A DNA stretch of 64,000 nt, from NCBI GenBank assembly GCA_034780895.1, contig JAUZTB010000076.1:33467675-33531674 (forward strand). The letters run 5' to 3'. The number at the start of each line of letters is the position of its first letter. The stretch's first letter is position 1. This document shows positions 62,550 through 64,000 of this stretch, piece by piece. Under the pieces are notes generated by a model. The model searched no databases. It saw only the letters and a program-made list of their open reading frames with translations, and had not been told where the DNA came from. Source of the DNA: Rhynchobatus australiae (Eukaryota). A program made the translations under genes and the position numbers.

Positions 62550-64000
62550 CTGTACGAAACAAACAGCAATAGCGTGGCCCATGCAAGAGAGTTTCTTTTA
62601 AAAAATTTAACTTTAAATAAAAGATCGACATCAAACTGAAAAGTAACTCAGCCCAGGANNNNNNNNNNNNNNNNNNNNNNNNNNNNNNNNNNNNNNNNNN
62701 NNAAGGTACTGCTGCACTAGTTCGTTTTATTTAACTGAGAATTTCATGAATAAATCCCTCATTATTTTTCCACGAAATAATACCCTGCATTCCATAGATT
62801 GAAAACCTAAAACTTCATAAATGCATGCAGCAATTATCCAAGTTTTTATTTTTGGATATAAAGTGCTAACAACGTGGCTCAAAGCATTCAGAAGCAGCTC
62901 GATGCAATGAGTGAACAATTAAACTGCACACATCAATTCAAATAAAGAACCTATTCAGTTTTTACCACAGATTTTAAAATAAATGCAAGAAAGCAATTAC
63001 ACAAAGCTATCTTAGCTCCAAGTCAACTAACAAGGAATCATTGTCAATAAAAAAATATTTAGATAAGGAGATTAATATATAAATGTACTATTAAAACAGT
63101 CTATTTAAGATAAGTGATTGTGAAAAGTTATGTTTCCGTAATCTATGGAATGCCTTGGCACATACATAAATCATATTACACTACCCACTTATTATTAAAT
63201 ATTCTAACATAGTGTGGATGTTTGCATGAAAATAAATAAAATAAGTGCAAAAATAAGAAATCAAATGCAGTTGGTTGAACAATTTAAGTCCTTTTCTGTG
63301 AAAAATACTTAACATCACACACCCATATCAATGGGAATTGTGATCCACAGAGCAGCTTTTACCAGCAGATAATTTCTAGAAAAAGTACAATCCAAATGCA
63401 AGTCACATTTACTCATAAAATTAATAATTAAATTCAGTTTAAATTGTCTTCTGGAGCCACTTCAAACACCTGCTTTTTATTAAATGTGCTGCAGAATTAT
63501 TTGATTTGCTCTTTTGTTCTAAAACTAATATCAGGCCACAAAAGTAAAAGCCTCTTTGATGTAAAAGATATTTTTCACACTTGATCATCATCAATTTTAA
63601 TATCTTCTTAAACACAATAAGTTATTGTAAACTACAAAATATTGAAATTAGCTGATATATTTAATAGAGAATGACTATTATGTAACAATATTCATTCAAA
63701 TAAATGCAAACGGCCCCTTAAAAACACAAAATTTAAATTTTAAATAAAAGGCATTTTATCTCCTTGTGATTCAAGTTAATTTCCTTAGCCAATCTTTTAA
63801 AACCATCATCAGAAATTTCTAGAAAGTAAATCAAATCTTCAGTATGTTTGAACATAGTTTGAACAGCAAATACCTGCTGATTAGTTAGGGGAAGAAATCA
63901 GATTAGTCTTTCTCTGAAGGTGAACAATGCATTCAATGGAAAAGACAACTCATTGCTTCAATTAAACAAATTAATAAAATTACTTTGTACTTGTAACTAC

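Noticed and set aside
1380-62918. The many 60-190 aa ORFs in the track as standalone genes
   Set aside because: Eukaryotic AT-rich DNA. Many start at TTG/GTG, cross N-gaps or are off-frame/antisense readings of repeats, and none resembles a host protein I recognise.

Overview
AT-rich, CpG-poor eukaryotic genomic DNA from a gapped draft assembly (11 N-runs). The repeat complement points to a cartilaginous fish, probably a ray or shark: HER1/CR1 LINEs, an HE1/V-SINE, DeuSINE (SacSINE1-like) copies, Penelope-like element termini, a fish-type L1 and an L2. This attribution is an inference from recalled consensus sequences. I can identify no intact host gene. Almost all listed ORFs are spurious or are transposon fragments, and the window looks intronic or intergenic with several enhancer-like (CNE-like) blocks. 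Best-supported structures: (1) a 795-bp solo LTR (TGTTACG...CGTAACA, GTTA target-site duplication) inside a CR1; (2) a 5'-truncated L1 with a 13-bp TSD inside a Penelope-like element; (3) repeated Penelope termini carrying decayed minimal hammerhead-ribozyme motifs; (4) a decayed LINE that starts with a SINE/tRNA-like head; (5) an LF-SINE-like element interrupted by a DeuSINE; (6) three 100-N gaps each flanked by a 6-9 bp direct repeat. A few phase-compatible minus-strand candidate exons of an unrecognised protein are reported at low confidence. Repeat boundaries are approximate unless a TSD is quoted.
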